DNA of 64,000 bases from Lophium mytilinum (Eukaryota), in assembly GCA_010093605.1 (NCBI GenBank), contig MU004182.1, positions 653,032 to 717,031 on the forward strand. The letters run 5' to 3'. Each line of letters begins with the position of its first letter. Within the stretch, counting starts at the first letter, position 1. A program made the position numbers and the translations under genes. Below the pieces are notes generated by a model. The model ran no database searches. It saw only the letters and a program-made list of their open reading frames with translations, and was not told the DNA's origin. Shown piece by piece: positions 38,401 through 52,547 of the stretch.

Positions 38401-40852
38401 CTCGGTATTTTGTAAGGGTAGGCCACCAGCGTGCTCGTGTGCCGCTGAAAATGGAATAGATAGTAATCATAGGGAGAGATCGACATATAGATTTCGAGAG
38501 AACGGTGTAAGGATCTGCGAGCAAGTCGTCGCGATAGGGGGCACAATAGGTTCACGCTACCATTAGAGTTTGAGACATGTGCTGTGTGTGGTAGGGAGCT
38601 GAGCTGCTTACGACGTGCCTGACTACCGGATCCGTACGGCATGCGGACCGCCAGAACCACTGTTGGATGGCAACCGTGCTCAGTGAGTCGGGAGACGGCC
38701 GTCGAGCGCGAGTGGACGCGCAAGATCCTCGGATGAAAGCATAGCGGTGACAATTACTAGTGTAGAGTTAATGCAAACGTGCAGCAACGACACGACCCTG
38801 TGTCCTAGTGCCTGAAGACGACCTGCACAGTACGCATGAGAGAATTTACTCGTCAGATAGACGTCGGCAGCCTCTTCGGCCATGCCGCTATATGCCAACA
38901 CGGATGGAAGGTGGTCGATATCAATGACGGTGGTAAGGGAAGTCTGTACATTTACCAAAAGCAAACCGATGCATCTAGACGGCGCACAACGCAAGGAAGC
39001 GGGTAGCACGAGGCGCAGAGAACCGCCGGCATTGGCTCGCTCGGTCCAATAATGTGCTCGCCTTCAGATTGGCAATGCACGTCGCCCAGCGTCCGTTCTG
39101 ACTGAAAAAGTATCATTTGGCATCTGGAAAGCCGGCGCTGAAGGCAACGCTCGGGAAAGCGATAGCGCGCAACAGCCGCGACAGTTACCGCGAACCCGGC
39201 TCTTAACGACGTCGCAGAGCCCTTGTTCCTTGTGCCCCCAGAGCGCCGGCAGGGGGCAACACCATGGTCAAAGATCCAAGATGGCGGGCAGATGAGAGGG
39301 GAGGGCGGGGTTGCGGGCAGTCATCCCACGCCGAGATAGTTTCATGCACACGTGAAAGAGGTGACGTGGGGGTTCCGCTAGGGATGGGTAAATGCGGTTG
39401 TCGCATGCTTGCAAGATGATCTCCAGGGGATGCAGGTACCTGTCGAGTAAGGTCGACGCAAGACGACCAGGGCGTCGAGTAAGATGGCGATAAAGGTGTG
39501 GTCAGATACGAAGGCACCCGAGGTGTGTGTGAGACGCAATATGCGCGACGAAATGCGTGAACGGTTTCGATGCGGCCGACATGTTTCCTGACGGGAAAGA
39601 GACGGGGGCGCACTAATTCCGGTCAACGTCTTCCTCCAAGCGCTAGCTGTGCCGTGGCCAGGCACACTGGGGGCTATCGCGGAGCAGGTTTTCTGTGCCA
39701 CGTCGTTGAAGAGCGAGGCTAGCGGTGCAGGCATGCGCCGTGGGCATGATGGACTACGGATTCAATATCGACGGAGCCTTCACGATACGCGCTGACGTTG
39801 GAGTAGACCTTGCAGGGGTGAGGGGTCGGCCATGTCACGAGGGAATTAGCAAGAGACGGTGAGTGCAGCACTTCCACGTCACTGACGGATGATAATGCCG
39901 AAGAGGAGAATGGAGGGGCAGTCACAGAGAGTGGGGAGCGGTGGATGTGTAACGATGACAAAATACACTATTGATGTGGTAGTAGGCAGTATAGCGCAAT
40001 GCACCGCCATCTGAGAGGCAGCGTGGTATATATTCGTGACCAAAAATAGACAAATGGGTATTTCCATATCTCCCATATCCCATTAACTCCGGTGTAGCCC
40101 CATTCTGCAGGCAGGCCTATCCCTCGCGCCAGCTGATGCAATTACGAAAGAGGCAGTGCAAACACAAATCGCTGGTATATTACAAAACATGTGGGGATCC
40201 GAAAAGCTAAAGAAGGCCCCCAATACGGGCCAACGTATCCTTCCATCCGAACCGGCGGTGTCAAGGAGAGAAAGGCGGACGGGAGTTGAGTCAGAGCGAC
40301 GGTGGGCGAGGCAGCAGAACAAGAGGACGTGGTGATTGGCGGGCCAAGCATGAGGACCTTGTTGGAACAGGTCAGCAAGTGGGATGGCGATGTGCTGAGC
40401 ATGCGTAAGGCTACCATGCGAGGCATGATTGCTTTGCCGGAAAAAGGCGAACGTGGACGTGTGACACCTGCGGCATGGGTGTTGTGCAGCCAGCCAATGG
40501 GGCGAGTCCAGATCGATCGTGGTTCGCAAAGCAGCTGCATGCAGCAAGGCGCGGGAGGCATCTCAACCAGGGCTGGGTTGCGTCAGGCTCCCAGGATTCC
40601 TGAGACAGCTACGGATGCGGGCGGCCATTGATTTCAAGGTGTTGTGATTTCGGGGTTGATACCGGGGTGGAAAGGCGGAGAGATGCTCAGACTGAAACGC
40701 TGGGCGGTGTGATGATTGATCGAGTGACGGGGGAGGGAGACGGCCAGAATCCATGATGCAATAGGAGCCAGCTCGAGAGATAGGCCGAGACGGTATGTAA
40801 CGCCGAAGAGTGGATGGGGCGGTGAAGACGTTGTGGACTGAGGAGAGGCGGT

Positions 40853-40957
40853 CTATTTGGACGGGACTGGAGGAAGCGGCCTCGTGGGTGGCGGGCCTGG
40901 GCATGGAGGCAAGTTGGAGGTCGACATATTGCAATCCGTAAAGGTAAGTGCGGCCAT
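40853..40957 (-). CDS. Candidate 34-aa micropeptide MAALTFTDCNMSTSNLPPCPGPPPTRPLPPVPSK
   Basis: Read directly from the sequence (below the ORF-track cutoff). TATA-like element about 130 nt upstream, C/A-rich leader, tcaATGG start context and an RPLPPxP motif. Confidence 0.55.
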   Translation of the reverse strand: MAALTFTDCNMSTSNLPPCPGPPPTRPLPPVPSK

Positions 40958-43900
40958 TGAAGCTTGAGTGTAGTAGGACAGTGAAGTACTGAGGTAGCGC
41001 GGCGTGTGTGGTGGAGAGTGCAGCAGCGGATGAAACTGTTGTGGATTGTGGGTGTATGTGGTGCGTAGATGTAGTGGAAGGATGTATTATATTTAAGCTG
41101 CGGCACTGGTGTAGATCGTAGGCGTCCGAGAATGGTGATGAAACAGAGCGTGGATGGGGCGGCAGCGCGAGGTATTTATGCCAGGACTGCCAGGGACTTT
41201 TGCAATGTCAAATTCGGTCAGCCTACGCTGGCGGATGGTGTAATAAGCTGGCATGGCCATAGCGGTGAGCTGAGGCGTCGGGCGACGTGGAAAAGGAGAT
41301 GTCGCTGGGCAGGGATGCTTCGGTGAAAGGCTGCGCGCACAGCCAAGCTGCCCTCCCTGAACCGTGCATAAGCCAGAAACATCGCTCATCCCGGGCGTAA
41401 TGCCATGGCCAGCAAACACGGAGCCACGCCTGCCTCGTTTCAGGCGCCTCGTGACTGTGTGAAGATCATGATGATCCAAGCCCACCATGATGCCTGCCCA
41501 GCCATGATGCCCTGATGCCTGCGCGTCTGCCGCGGGCTGCCGATGGGTGTCTGCGTCGTTGCTAGGTTCCAGCACCTCGCCGTCGTGACATCACGGCCAT
41601 TTCGTTCGAAGCTAGACGGCCTGCTGGAATTTTGCAACCTTGTCGCCCGGTGCCACAGTGCAGAGTCCTGGGGCAGGGCGACGCGGCGCTGGCTGCCCGC
41701 AGCGCTCCACCAGTTCGGCCAGACTTGTCGGGATGCCCCTCTGCAGCTGTGCAGCAGCCTCGTGCCGCCTCAGGGCGAGCCACACTCGCGGCGTCTCTGC
41801 GGCGCCGAAACGGGCACGCTGTTGTCGATGGGCGGTCAGGAACAGGCAGGATCGGCCCCTTTTGGGGGTTGGTACAGTGCCCGTTCTTGGCCTGCACCAC
41901 CTGATCCACGAGTGTGGGAAGAGTGCCTCAGTTTGTTGATCCGTTAGAGAAGCAGTTCCAGTGTCGATGGCGTGAAGCGAAGCGGTGGATGTTGCAATAT
42001 CAGGAAGTGAACACCATGGCTTGGCCGGATCAGCGACCATTAGTAACCAGCTCTTTCTTGCATCCCCAACGACGAAACTGAGGTCTCCTTCTTTGCCACG
42101 CTCTCGCTACCATATCCTCTCTTGCTGCTCTCCCGAGGTCCTCTCCTCTGCTTAAGCGAGCCGCACATTCACTTTCACCCTGGCTGCCAAGCGTGCAGTT
42201 TACCACCCCCCTATCCAGAGCTCCTGTCTCAGGTGGGCATCCATCCAATCACCCCGGAGACGCCACGGCCCCGCTCCAGCCGGCATTGGGGGAATTGTGC
42301 GTTTTCATCAGCCAAGCCGTTGCGCGCCTAGGCTCCACCGCAGCGAGGTGGGCAACGATCTGGGGCTGCGACGGCGTCTTCTGCCGCTCTTCTCCCGGCC
42401 TTCCATTCCATCTCCCAGGGGGAGATTGCTCTTTGGGCCACCGCCCTTTCTCCTGCGCCGGCCTGCATGACTCTGCCAAATTGAAGGCAGTCCTCGGAGC
42501 GTGGCCAGGGCGCGTTTGTGCAGAGCCTGACTCTGGGGCGAAAGAAAACTTCAGATGTGGCCTCGTCGCCTTGTGGCCTGCTCGTATTTCCAACTTGTGC
42601 GCCCCGCACAAGCAGGCTTCACACACGAGGGCCATCCCTGCGCCGCACCCAATGAGGTTGCCAGAGTGACGGATTGGGACGCAGATGCGATTGCTGCTGG
42701 CCGGCGAGCCTGAAAGATGCCGGGCAGCTCCCCACACAGCGTCAGGCGATGATGACGACGTGACTCTGTATTTCCTTTTGGCGACGGGCGCGGAAATGAC
42801 CTGCTGTGGCAATGGAAGCTGCGGCACAGAATTTTGTATGTTTCCAGCGACATCGGCGCGATGTGCGAAGATCCGGCGGGTGCAAACCCGTCACACAGCT
42901 AGACATGATGGCCGCCGGCAAGCCATAGAATGCAAGGAAGCCGAGTGGTCGCCCTGGAGAGCGGCAGGGCCCAGGGAGGATGGAAAAGACGAGCACGCGC
43001 GCGAGGCGCTGCCAAAAGGAGGCGTCCGGGCAGCAGGTCCACCACACGTGGAGGCCGGGATGTGGCACGCCACGATGAAACACTGCACGCCCCGGTGTGA
43101 CGGCAGCAGCTTCGGGGGCGTTCAAACACGAGCCTGCGGTGCTTTTTGAATCGACGCGCAAATCGCCCTCTCCGTCGGCCCAGATGCACGCCTCGCGCGC
43201 CTTTCACGCCCTGTCACTGCTGTTGCCGAACCGAGGGCAGCAGCACCAGACCACGGCTGCGTCACCTCCCGGATCAGCACCAGCCACTGGAAATCTCTTC
43301 ATGACGCTTTGCCACGTGAGACATGGCTGGTACCTGATCGCCAGGGGTGCCGAAGCTTGATCTCAAACAGTGGCCCCGGCGAATCAGCTCAACAGATCGG
43401 ACGCTTCGTCCTCAGGACTCAACAATTCCGTCGACGTCGTACAGCTGGTCACGCTCTCGCGGCCGTGTTCCAGCGGCCCGGCCGACTGGAGCCTCGAGTG
43501 TCGGAGTGAGGTCCAGCGGAGCTTCTCGCCAGTCAGGCCATCCGAACACCACACTCGGCATCCCGCGTTCGGCCTGCAAGTCATCCTGGCACCGGCAGCC
43601 CTCCGCGTCGACCTGCCCCCTTGCTGCGCCCAATCGATATTCTCCAGCTGCTCTCTGCCCTCGTGGCATGCTGCAAGGCGGGGATGCCGTGCCGTGTATG
43701 CAGACACCAGAACCTCAGCTGGCCCGATTGCTGCTGAAGGCTAGATCTGCCGTGCCCGTCCAGCTGCTCTAGCCTTTGCAAAAGCACCGCGCGCTGCTGC
43801 AGGTACGCGCACCCTGTACTGCGTTCCACGGCGTCTTGTGCATGTTGAGCAGCTCCACTCCTCTCCACCAGACTTCCGTGGCTGGCGCGTGCTACTCGGC

Positions 43901-44548
43901 CTAATCGTTCGTTACCAGTCTGGAGGGCCGCCACAATACCGACCCCAGCACCGTGCAAATTGATGCATTGTCGTCAAATCGGCTGCTTGGTCCGACCTTG
44001 CCTGACAGGGCCTTGGCGCAGACTGCCGACGTCTGAAAGTGTTGCCATGTTCCGCCTTGTGAGATGTCTGGGTTTCAGAGCCACACCGCTGCGCTGTTGC
44101 GGACATGCAACCGCACATGCTCCATTGGGGGAATTACTATCATGGCATGAGGTGAGTTCTGTGGCACGGTGGATCACCCTCTTCCTTCAATTCATGCTCG
44201 TTGGAGCGTCATTCACCGCAACCTCGGCGGCTATCGTGTCATTCAAAATTTCGTATAGTGCCAGCATGACCACCTCCTTCACAGAACCGCCTGTGCACTC
44301 CTTTGCATCTCTCCATCTCTGCGCCGGGCGCTCCTCCAGGATCTCGCCGATCATTGATGCCGGACTGTGCGGCCACGTGGGCTTACAGAGCACGGTCAGC
44401 AAGGCGCCCGCCCGGTCTGCCAGGGTGAGGGTGTTGGAAACCCCCTTGCTTGGAAAGCTATTTTCTGCATCATCTCAGGGACCAGCTAGCGACATCGTTC
44501 CCGCAGGGCTCATGGAAGCGACGCTGTCAATACGACCACCACGCTACC

Positions 44549-45702
44549 TCACCCATCTTCATCCCCGTCGTCGCCCTGTTCGGCCGCAGCCTGCGTCGAC
44601 ACCCAATTCTCCATCATCTGCTGACTTGAGCCAGCCATATCACCGCTTCCGCTCTTCGCCTGCGTGCCGCCCTTGCGCTTCACCACCAGACAGAGGATGC
44701 GGCCGTAGATGCTGAAACCGTCGTAGGAGGTTTTCAACCCCAGCTTCTTTTTGTCGTCGGTATCTCCACCCTCGGTAGCATCGTCAGCGGCCATATCCCG
44801 CTCCTTCTGCCTGCTCTTCTTCACGCGTTTCGTTGGCGGACGCTCGTCCTCCTGAAACGCTTCGTCTGAGTCACTCGACTCAACCACAGTCATTCCACTC
44901 TGCTGCCGCCTGCGCTTACTCTGCCTTACGACATCTCCGGTACCGATCGAGCGTTCGCCAGCCTGGTCGCCGTCGCTAGCTTCGGGAATATCGCTCAAGG
45001 CAACCTCGTCGTCTTCTGCCCTGATTACTATCCCAGCATCGCCGTCGTCCTCTCTGATCACAATCGGCGTGTCATCCCCCGCGGGAACCGTCAAAATCTC
45101 CCCCCGCGTGTCTGTCGTAAGCCAGCCCGTCAGCTTCCTGGAGTTACTCTCGATACCGGGTTTCTCCTTGAAGTTCTTCTGCTTGGTAAGGAGCGAATGC
45201 CGTGCGGATAGCTCGGTTAGGAAGATCGATACATCGAAGTCATCTGCATGTCGCGTCTTAAATTAGCTCCTACTACATGGAACAGGCAGTTGTGCTGTGC
45301 AAATGTGACCCGCATACACCGGAGTTCTATATGCGTTATACGAGCATGATCCCTCATCTCTTGATCTGACTTAATGCAACACACTGCCTCCATAAACACG
45401 ATTGCGATAATATAGTAATAATAGAATAAACCAAGCAGACCATATTGGAATAAGCTGGACGTACCGCAAACAACCACATCTTTGACACCCTTCTTCTTTC
45501 CCTTGCCTCTGCCCTTTGCGCGCTCGTTCTCCTCGCGCAGTTTGGGCAGCACGAGGGGTCGCACCGCTTCGATGACGCGTGGGAGCGCAGGAGCGGCGCG
45601 GTTGAGGAGCCAGGTGTCGGCGTCTGAGGGCCGGTCGACGTAGATGCGAACTTCGAGGACCGAGTGCTTGGTTATACGGAGGTAGCGGCGGATGGGCGCC
45701 AT
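44549..45702 (-). CDS. Conserved fungal hypothetical protein (acidic central region)
   Basis: Exon 1 MAPIRRYLRITKHSVLEVRIY...LVLPKLREE, an intron of about 220 nt, then exon 2 ending YDGFSIYGRILCLVVKR...MENWVSTQ. Confidence 0.75.
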
Positions 45703-45980
45703 GGGAGTTGTATGTGTGGGGTGGAGAGGGAGCTCAACCTTGGACGTGATGGTTCTAAAATAGAGTGTCGTGCCAAGATATCGGCCCTCTTTTGACATCT
45801 GAAGAACTTTGGGGCGACAACTTCACACCGCGTCAACCATTACCGCTCAAACGCTGGCGAACAAACCTGCCCGACTTTGAAGAGCTCTTGTGTCTCGGAT
45901 GCAATTTCGAATGCACCAGGACCGCGTGGCAAATTCGCAACCCCCCGCGTAATTGCGCTTCCCCGACGAAAGTCCTTCCT

Positions 45981-47593
45981 ATGGTGTTTGAGCTCCATGT
46001 ATGGGGGCCGGCATTCGGATTACCTTCAATAGACGCAGAATGCAATGCCGCGATCGCATTTCTGAATCTCGCTGTTGCGCGATCACAATGGGTGCTGATT
46101 GTTGCTCACGACACATCACCGAGTCCAACCCGTATGTCTACCAACATTCTCGAACATTGCGTCCTTGGGGCTTGGTCATTGTGGAGGAGCCAACGGATAC
46201 ACTGAGACTAATTGGACGTATCAGATAATTTCCCTGCTCTCCGCGATGGTTCGACGTGTATAGGCGGATTTAATCAAATAGTTCAGTACCTCAGCCAGCA
46301 CCCCTCGGGACCACATAATCTGGATTCGAACCTCACCAGCAATCAAAAGGCCGACACGTTAGCGTATGTAGGGTTCTATAAGACCTTCATGAAGGGCAGA
46401 AGGCTGACAAAGTGCGTTTTAGCTTTTCTACATTCATCGAAACCACCGGCCGACCGCTCCTCGACCTCTCTTTATACACATCCTCACAAAATTACTCTAC
46501 CACAACCGCACCCGCATACACCGCTTTACTACCATGGAATTTGAACTACACAATACCACCTAGACACCGAGATGCTGCTAGAGCTCGGACAGCTCACCTG
46601 GGACTCTCTGGACTCGACGTGGACTCGGACCTTGGGACAAGTCTAGGCGGGGAGTTTGAGGCAGCGAAGAAAGCATCAGGCCTTCCATCGGACAGTCACG
46701 CAAATCGCCCAAGCATTCTGAATCTTGGTCGACAAACAGGCCTTCAGGGCCTGCTGAGCTCTCCGGTCTACGCAGCCCGGTTTAAGCTAGATGCGCTTGC
46801 CAATGAGTTCCTTACGCCTCTTTCAGACCTGCTCGGCAGGAAACAATACCTACTCGGAGGCGATGCGCCCTCCACATTAGACTCTTTAGCATTTGGGTAC
46901 TTGGCGTTGATGCTGTACCCCCCGGTCCCACAGACATGGCTAAAGGAAGCCATTGAAGCACGCTATCTGCGGCTGGAGAAGTACATCAGGCGCATGCGCA
47001 CGGCTCTACTAGGCAACGACGAGGACGTGAGCCCGTCCAAAGTGTTTGCCCTGGCTTCATGGCCCAGATATGATGCTGCGCTAGAACACGCTCGCCAGGG
47101 GCTTGGCCTGGCGTTGCCCTGGGCACCACCAAGAACAACATCGCTTGCTGCAACCGCATTCACAGTCGCGAGAGATATAGTCGGCAGCTTTCCCGCGGTA
47201 TCGACATTAATACGCGGCGACCCCGTCCGCAGGGACAGGCAATCCGAAGATATAGCTACAATACCGACGTCGGCACTGCCATCTCCGTTCATTGTAAACA
47301 CGTTCTTTGCGTTCTCTGGCGCCCTCCTCTCAGCTATCGCCGGCATGGCCGTCCATCACGCACGATCACCTCGTCAAGGGGATTTAGTGTTTGAGCTGCC
47401 CCGGAGGCGGCCCCAACAAACATTTGCGCAAGCGGGCGACTTTCTCGGGGTCTTGACTGACCAAATAAGGGCCGAGAGAGACTGGAATGAGCGGTGGCAG
47501 CGAGAAGGGAGCGGCGGGGATGGAGGACTCGGTGCTGAAGAGGCTATGGGCGTCGTTGACGAGGTCGTAGTGGAAGGCGTTGGTGAAAGATAG
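45981..47593 (+). CDS. SAM37: Metaxin-like SAM complex subunit (Sam37/Tom37)
   Basis: MVFELHVWGPAFGLPSIDAEC, a GST-like C-terminal region (YLLGGDAPSTLDSLAFGYL) and a C-terminal hydrophobic anchor. Two introns. Confidence 0.85.
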
Positions 47594-48186
47594 GGTGGCC
47601 ACCGGCGTGTAGTAGTACAGAGCTGTACCATAGATCCAGATACCCATTTGTTTGGATATGACACAATGTATCGTGACAATTCCTTCCTGACCTCACTAGC
47701 CACAGACGTCGGGAGCTAGCGCTTGACACGAAATGCACTTGCATCTGATTGCAGTGTAGCCACAGCAACAGAAACACCACCTACGTCGTTGTGTACCTGT
47801 CTATAGGCCTCCAGCCACTTTTTGTAGCCCAATGCGACAGAATTTCAGTCGCCCAAGGGCTAGTTTAATTGGCGCCAGGCCCATACTGCGCAAGATCGGC
47901 CTCGACGGCATGACGATGCGCTTCGGGGTCCAGGCCTAGACACGGAACGAGGCGCATGGGCGTGTTCCCCCCCACAACTGCCACCTGCTGTTACTTGGCC
48001 GTGCTCACTATGGCGACGTCATGCCGGCCTGGCGTCACTGGGCGCAAACAAAACGACGACCATCCCTCCAGCCAAGCGGGCGCATCTTTACCACAACACA
48101 CACGCACGAAACTCCTTCTTTGTCTCCCAAATCCACTCCACTTCCTCAACACCTATTCACGTCCACGCCCTCGTCCACCCGCCACC

Positions 48187-49586
48187 ATGCACAGGACATA
48201 CTCGATGCGCCAGTCGCGCGCCCCGACCGCCTCGCAGATTCAGAGCCCGCCGCCGCCTGCGTCCTCGACGAAGCATGGCAGGTTCTTCGGCAGGGGCAAT
48301 ATCGGTATGTTTCTCTCATGATACTCGAGTCTGCAATGCGATCAGGGTGTCTGCTGCTCGAATGTCCGGCGCTCCCGGGCCAGGCCGTCTCCGGCGGAAC
48401 GACTCCGCCTGCTTCGACGCGACACCTCGAGTCCATTTGCGCATCATACGATCCATTACCTCATTTCTCTGCGTCTGATCAATGCTAATTGGTATGCTGT
48501 GCTACAGGCCACACTTTCCGCGGAAAGGCTGCTGGCGCCTTTGGCCCCGACCTCGCCAAGAAGCTCTCACAATTGGTGAAGATGGAGAAGAACGTCATGC
48601 GCAGCATGGAGCTCGTGAGCCGGGAGCGCATGGAGGTTGCAGTAAGCTGATACTCGCGCCAACTTGGAATTATTGATTCTGACTATTACAGCAACAACTC
48701 TCAATCTGGGGCGAGGCATGTGACGATGACGTCTCAGATGTCACCGACAAGCTCGGTGTGCTCATTTACGAGATTGGTGAGCTGGAAGACCAGTTTGTCG
48801 ACCGCTACGACCAGTACCGTGTGACGATCAAGAGCATCCGCAACATTGAGGCTTCAGTCCAGCCTAGCCGCGACAGTACGTCATGCACACCCATAATTCA
48901 GCGGAATCATCATTGACTTCAGAACAGGGAAACAGAAGATCACCGACAACATTGCGCAGCTCAAGTACAAGGAGCCGAACTCCCCCAAGATCGTTGTCCT
49001 CGAGCAGGAGCTCGTCCGCGCTGAGGCCGAGTCGCTCGTCGCCGAGGCTCAGCTCTCCAACATCACCCGCGAGAAGCTCAAGGCTGCCTTCACCTACCAG
49101 TTCGATGCTCTCAGCGAGCACTGCGAGAAGCTTGCCATCATTGCTGGCTACGGAAAGCACCTCCTTGAGTTGGTTGACGATACCCCGGTTACGCCTGGCG
49201 AGACAAGGCAGGCGTACGATGGATATGAGGCTAGCAAGGCGTAAGTTTACCCCAAGAAATACCTTTACTTTTACTCACAAATCCCCAGTATCATCCAAGA
49301 CTGCGAAGATGCCTTGACCAACTGGGTCTCCCAGAACGCCGCCGTCAGCAGCAAGCTCTCTGTCCGTTCCCGCACTCTGTCCCAGCGCCGTGCCGCCCGT
49401 CGCCAGCCCGGTGAGGGCGTCGACCTCTCCCACCAGGACCAGTCTCTCGGTGACAGGGAGTCTGGCCTCTGGATCCCCGCCTCCGAGCACCGTGGCAACG
49501 GCTACGAAGAAGACGAGGAGGAGGATGCGCCGTCCACAGTCGGCACTGAGACAAGAGGCCGCGAGGAGGAGCGAATCGCCGCATAA
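48187..49586 (+). CDS. PIL1: Eisosome BAR-domain protein Pil1/Lsp1
   Basis: MHRTYSMRQSRAPTASQ, FGPDLAKKLSQLVKMEKN, DDVSDVTDKLGVL and LEQELVRAEAESLVAEAQLSNITR. Multiple introns. Confidence 0.95.
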
Positions 49587-50262
49587 TTGCAGCCTAGTAT
49601 GATTGGTTAATGGGAAGAGTGCCCGGTCCACACTGTATACCCCGGTGGGTGCGGGCGCCGGATCTTTTTCATTGGAGGATTTGGGGATTCTCTGCAGAAC
49701 GGTTTTCGTGGTAATGGTGTTACGATGAGACGGCAGGGCGAAGAGTTTTTCCTTTTGGAAAATTATCGAGTGCTTCTCTGCATGTAGTCAGAATAGTAAT
49801 GACTTGTCCGAACTGATATGATCCTTGCTTTTTGAGTGCTTCCTACATGCAGTGAATGTGCATGTAGATCGATCTCTGGCGGTGAGTTTATGCGCTTGTG
49901 ACCAGATCCAACCCCTCTCCCGCATCGCCGACCCACCTACCTGCAGCATCTCCGCCAGGCGTTTACCAATCTATGTCAATTGGACCCTACCGTTTGCAAA
50001 CAAGCACTCACATACTCCATGGACCCAACTAGTTCGGGCAAGGTACACCCGATCAAGCGGAATGATCTGCAGTTCGCGCCCTTGGGCACTCCGAGATGCA
50101 CTCCGAGCTCGGCTTTCGCAATAAGGCGCCCTGATGAGTCTTTTCCTTTTGCCGCCGTCCGTCGGGATATAACCCGATGAACGTTGTCGTCTCCACTCCG
50201 ATGTGTGAAGTTCTGTACTTCACACCACATAAGAGCTAGGAAACCGAACACTGCAGAATAGG

Positions 50263-52084
50263 ATGCGAGACGATACCGAGACATCCCCACTGCTGAGGCG
50301 GGGTTCCAGCACACCATCGCCCTCAGCCTCGAGCTCGAGCAAGTCGTCAACTTCAAGTCCAAGTACAGCTTCAGATCCGGATACCGGAAAGAGGAAATCA
50401 ACAGGAGAATGGTTATCGTCGAAGTTACCCGCCTTCACCACCATCGCCCCGCGCTACCGCTTCGTCCCCGTCCTGGGCTGCGCCCTCATTTTCATCAATG
50501 AGGCCGAGTACTTCATCAAGCAGGTCGCCTCTATGCGCGCGCTGGAGGCGATGCATTGCTACAACTACTATCTCGAGCGCGACTCCCCCCTCGTCGAGCT
50601 CGGCAAGCATATCCCCGAGCGGTTGTGTAAGATCGATACGGTGCAGAAGCAGCTGGCGCGCAGCGCGGGGCTGATTATGTTTGTGCGCATGCTGAGTGCG
50701 ATGGTGGGGGCGATTCCGTTGGGGTGGTTGGCGGATCGGGGAGGGAGGAAGTTGGTGATTGTGTTGCATAAGGTTAATGTGACGGTGGCGTGTGGGTTGT
50801 GGTTGTGTCTTTGTGGGTTTATTTCTTTTTCGTGCTTTGCTTCGCTTGTTCATGGTCATATTGGCCGATATCTTGATTCTTTGCTCTTCTCAAAAGATTA
50901 TGGGGTTGAATCCTTGTGTCCCTTGATATATACGGGATTGCTGACTTCTGATACCAGATCTTGGCTTCCCGAAAGTCCCCGTCTGGACGCTCTACCTCAG
51001 CGGGCTGCCCGGCCTTATCGGGGGTAACTACGATATTGGGTTGGCGATGCTGTTTGCATCCTACTCAGACGTGATGCCAGTGGCTACAGAGCGAGCGTCG
51101 CTGTTCTTCCTGACAACGAGCATGCAGTACCTCGCCCAAACCTTCTGCCCCTCCATCGGCGCGTTCCTGATGAATCTGGACGGGAAAGGGGGAACTCCGC
51201 AGGTCAATCTCGCCGTCAGCTTCGCCCTCTCCATTCTAACCGTCCTCGTCGCCATCTTTCTCTTCCCAGAAACAGTAGGCGAAAGCAGAACACACGCCGC
51301 CTCCCTCTCCCAACAACCCACCCCACAAGAACCCTCACCCGCACCCTCATCCCCCTCGCCATCCCCTTCAACCATCGCCCCTGAAGACCCCAAACCCCCA
51401 CCCCCCTCCACCCCCATCTTCGGCCTCGGCCTCCCCAACCTCCTCCTCCTCTTCACCAGCATCCTCCTCGCCTCCACGGGCATCAAATCCATCGACTTCT
51501 TCGGCCTGGTCCAATACCCCGTCATCAAATTCGCCTGGACCTTCCCGCAAGCCTCCTACATCGTCACCATGCAAGGCTTCCTCATGCTCCTCCACTTCTC
51601 CCTCCTCCTGCCCCTCCTCAACACCCTCGCCGCCCGCGCGCTGCACTCCGCCGCCGCCGCCCACTTCGCCATCATGCTCGCCTCGGCTGCGATCCTCGCC
51701 CTCGGCGCCCTCGTCATCGGCGCCTCCAACTCCGGCGCCGTGTTTGTGGGGGGCGTTGTCGTGTATTTGTTCGGCGAGGGCTTGCCGACGGCGACGCAGG
51801 CGTATATTGTGAGTCTGGTGGAGAAGGGGAGGGTGGCGCGGGTGATGGCGACGTTGAGTCTCGCGAGTATTGGGGGGAAGTTGGTGGCGAGTATTGCGTT
51901 TCCGGAGGTGTTGGCGGCCGGGTTGGATAGTGGGAGGAGGGGGTTGGTGGGGTTGCCGTTTTTTGTGGCGGCGGGGTTGTTTGCGGTGGCGGCGGGGTGT
52001 GTGGGGACGGTGGGGGTGAGGGTTGGGGTGGGGAGGGGGAGGGGGAAGGGGAAGGAGGTGGAGGTGGAGGTGGAGGAGGTGTGA
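50263..52084 (+). CDS. MFS transporter (SLC46/tetracycline-exporter-like)
   Basis: Motif A GWLADRGGRK and many hydrophobic helices across two exons (50263 to about 50813, and about 50958 to 52084). Confidence 0.85.
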
Positions 52085-52547
52085 GGAGAGGAGGGTTTGG
52101 AGGGGGGCTGTGTGGGGAGTACACAAAGGGGATTTGGTTTGCGATGTGCGATTTCGCAGGAAGAAGCGTGATAGATTTGCTTCGTGAGAAAAAGGGGTTA
52201 GATTTCGTTCTTGTCTCTTTCATCATTTTCAGGCGCAGGTTTCCATCGTCATCCGAGGTTTCTTTCCAATTACTTTTTCGGAATGGGTTTCGGGAACGTA
52301 TACACAAAAGTAATCATCGCTCTCCAGCGAGGACCTCGGGGATAATCCAGGCTTTACGCGTAGCATAACATCGTATGACAGGAATGACCAAGTGATGAAC
52401 GTAGAGATGCAGGGACGAGTATAGATCGAACAGTCAAGCAGGCGCTTTTTACCTGTTGTGTTATACACGAGTGAGTCTTCAGATCTATTCTACATGCTAT
52501 ATTACAACAATCTCACTTTTGTTCAACGCCACATGACTGCCGAAGCA

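Noticed and set aside
41093..44715. Many 60-250 aa ORFs on both strands
   Set aside because: GC-rich sequence with few stops. The translations have no motifs or consistent exon structure.
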